Below, piece after piece: positions 36,226 through 37,493 of a DNA stretch of 37,493 bases. A model generated the notes under the pieces. The model saw only the letters and a program-made list of their open reading frames with translations. It had not been told where the DNA came from and made no database searches. Every line of letters starts with the position of its first letter. The first letter of the stretch is position 1. The stretch lies in the sequence record SRR31156797_11137; one strand, written 5' to 3'. Made by a program: the position numbers and the translations under genes.

Positions 36226-37467
36226 ATGGATATACAACAACGCCAAGTGGTCATTATAGGCGCGGGGCCGTCAGGGTCGACGGCCGCTGCGATGCTAGAA
36301 AAACAAGGGGTCGATGTTTTAGTTATAGAGAAGTCAACGTTTCCACGCTTCTCTATTGGAGAAAGCTTATTACCTGCTTGTATGGAGATAATTGAGCAAG
36401 CTGGAATGTTAAGTGCTGTCGAGTCTTCAGGTTTTCAATTTAAAAATGGTGCGGCTTTCAGCAAAAATGGCGTCTATACCGAGTTTGATTTCACGGACAA
36501 ATATACACCAGGGGCAGGTACCACCTATCAAGTACAACGAGCAAACTTTGATAAAGTGTTGGCAGATTCAGCGCAGGAGCAAGGCGTAGAAATTCGCTAT
36601 CAGCACGAGCTGACTCAGATTGAGTTTGATGGTCAAGTGTCGATTTTAACTGTGTTGGATGAGCAACAAACCACTTATCAAATCAGAGCGGATTATGTTT
36701 TAGATGCCAGTGGTTTTGGTCGTGTTTTGCCGAAACTGTTGGATTTAGAGCAGCCGTCATCTCTTCCAGCGCGTAAAGCGATTTTTACTCACGTTGTAGA
36801 CAAGATTGATAGTGATAATAATCAATATGATCGCAATAAAATTCTCATCACTGTTCATGCCAAATATGCGGATGTTTGGTACTGGTTAATTCCATTTTCT
36901 AATGGTGTTTGTTCGCTGGGTATTGTGGCGAAGCCGGAATTTTTTGCCGCCTATCCTCAAGACAAAATTGATGCGATTAAAGTACTGGTTGATGAAGACC
37001 CAAATCTGGCGAGTTTGCTTGAGTCTGCCGAGTATCCAAACCCTGCGGGTGAGTTACAAGGCTATTCGTCTGATGTAAAACACTTAGCGACAGAACATTA
37101 CGCGCTGCTTGGGAATGCTGGAGAGTTTCTTGACCCAGTATTTTCTTCAGGTGTCACCATCGCGATGAAGTCAGCTGAGCTGGCAACAGGAAATGTTGTC
37201 CGCCAGTTGAAAGGAGAGTGCGTGGATTGGCAAGCGGATTATGCTGATCCATTGATGGTAGGAGTGAATACTTTCCGGACTTATGTCGAGGGTTGGTACG
37301 ATGGCACGCTTCAAGACGTCATCTATTATGAAAAACCAAACAACAGAATTAAACAGATGATTTGCTCCATTCTAGCTGGTTATGCATGGGATATGAGTAA
37401 CCCGTATGTCAAAGACTCCAAACGACGTTTATCCAGCTTGGCTGAACTCATTCGAGCCAGTAGTTAG
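36226..37467 (+). CDS. FAD-dependent oxidoreductase, flavin-dependent halogenase-like
   Basis: GAGPSG, FPRFSIGESLLP, Lys73 in GFQFKNG, DASG, WYWLIP (WxWxIP), GNAGEFLDPVFSSGV. Confidence 0.85.
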   Translation: MDIQQRQVVIIGAGPSGSTAAAMLEKQGVDVLVIEKSTFPRFSIGESLLPACMEIIEQAGMLSAVESSGFQFKNGAAFSKNGVYTEFDFTDKYTPGAGTTYQVQRANFDKVLADSAQEQGVEIRYQHELTQIEFDGQVSILTVLDEQQTTYQIRADYVLDASGFGRVLPKLLDLEQPSSLPARKAIFTHVVDKIDSDNNQYDRNKILITVHAKYADVWYWLIPFSNGVCSLGIVAKPEFFAAYPQDKIDAIKVLVDEDPNLASLLESAEYPNPAGELQGYSSDVKHLATEHYALLGNAGEFLDPVFSSGVTIAMKSAELATGNVVRQLKGECVDWQADYADPLMVGVNTFRTYVEGWYDGTLQDVIYYEKPNNRIKQMICSILAGYAWDMSNPYVKDSKRRLSSLAELIRASS

Positions 37468-37493
37468 GGTCTGTTGACCTTTTGAGGTTAAAT
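37465..37493 (+). repeat. Left end of a probable Vibrio intergenic MITE-like repeat, cut by the window edge
   Basis: TAGGGTCTGTTGACCTTT starts at the TAG stop codon; resembles from memory the terminus of a dispersed Vibrio repeat; a 15/16 inverted copy sits at 9275-9290. Confidence 0.5.

Larger units (their letters stand above)
19400..37467. other. Aryl polyene (APE)-type biosynthetic gene cluster
   Basis: Order CLF, acyltransferase, 2 ACPs, membrane protein, AMP ligase, DH, GT2/acyltransferase, ammonia-lyase, TE, LolA-like, MMPL, lipoprotein, KS, DH, KR, KS matches apeC-apeR as recalled; divergent lipoprotein, methyltransferase and flavoprotein. Confidence 0.92.

Overview
Vibrio-like chromosomal window made of accessory modules. 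Left to right: a 3'-truncated GH1 6-phospho-beta-glucosidase with an upstream LacI-type operator; a pirin; thiD under a TPP riboswitch; a vceR/vceCAB tripartite MFS efflux system with a 28-bp operator; an AraC regulator plus TonB-dependent siderophore receptor (desR/desA-like), each with a Fur-like box; an OmpR-family two-component pair; and a sucrose PTS module (scrA, scrR, scrB, scrK) with three related operators. The right half (19.4-37.5 kb) is an aryl polyene (APE)-type type II PKS/FAS cluster that also carries a MIO aromatic amino-acid ammonia-lyase and, on a divergent arm, a lipoprotein, a SAM methyltransferase and a flavoprotein with flavin-dependent halogenase motifs. Best leads: (1) a degenerate, Cys-less PTS EIIB-like domain fused to the N-terminus of ScrB; (2) a possibly halogenated aryl polyene with its own starter-unit route; (3) a collapsed remnant at 9272-9289 of the repeat element that starts at the right edge. 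All calls come from motif reading and recalled family knowledge; no searches were run.
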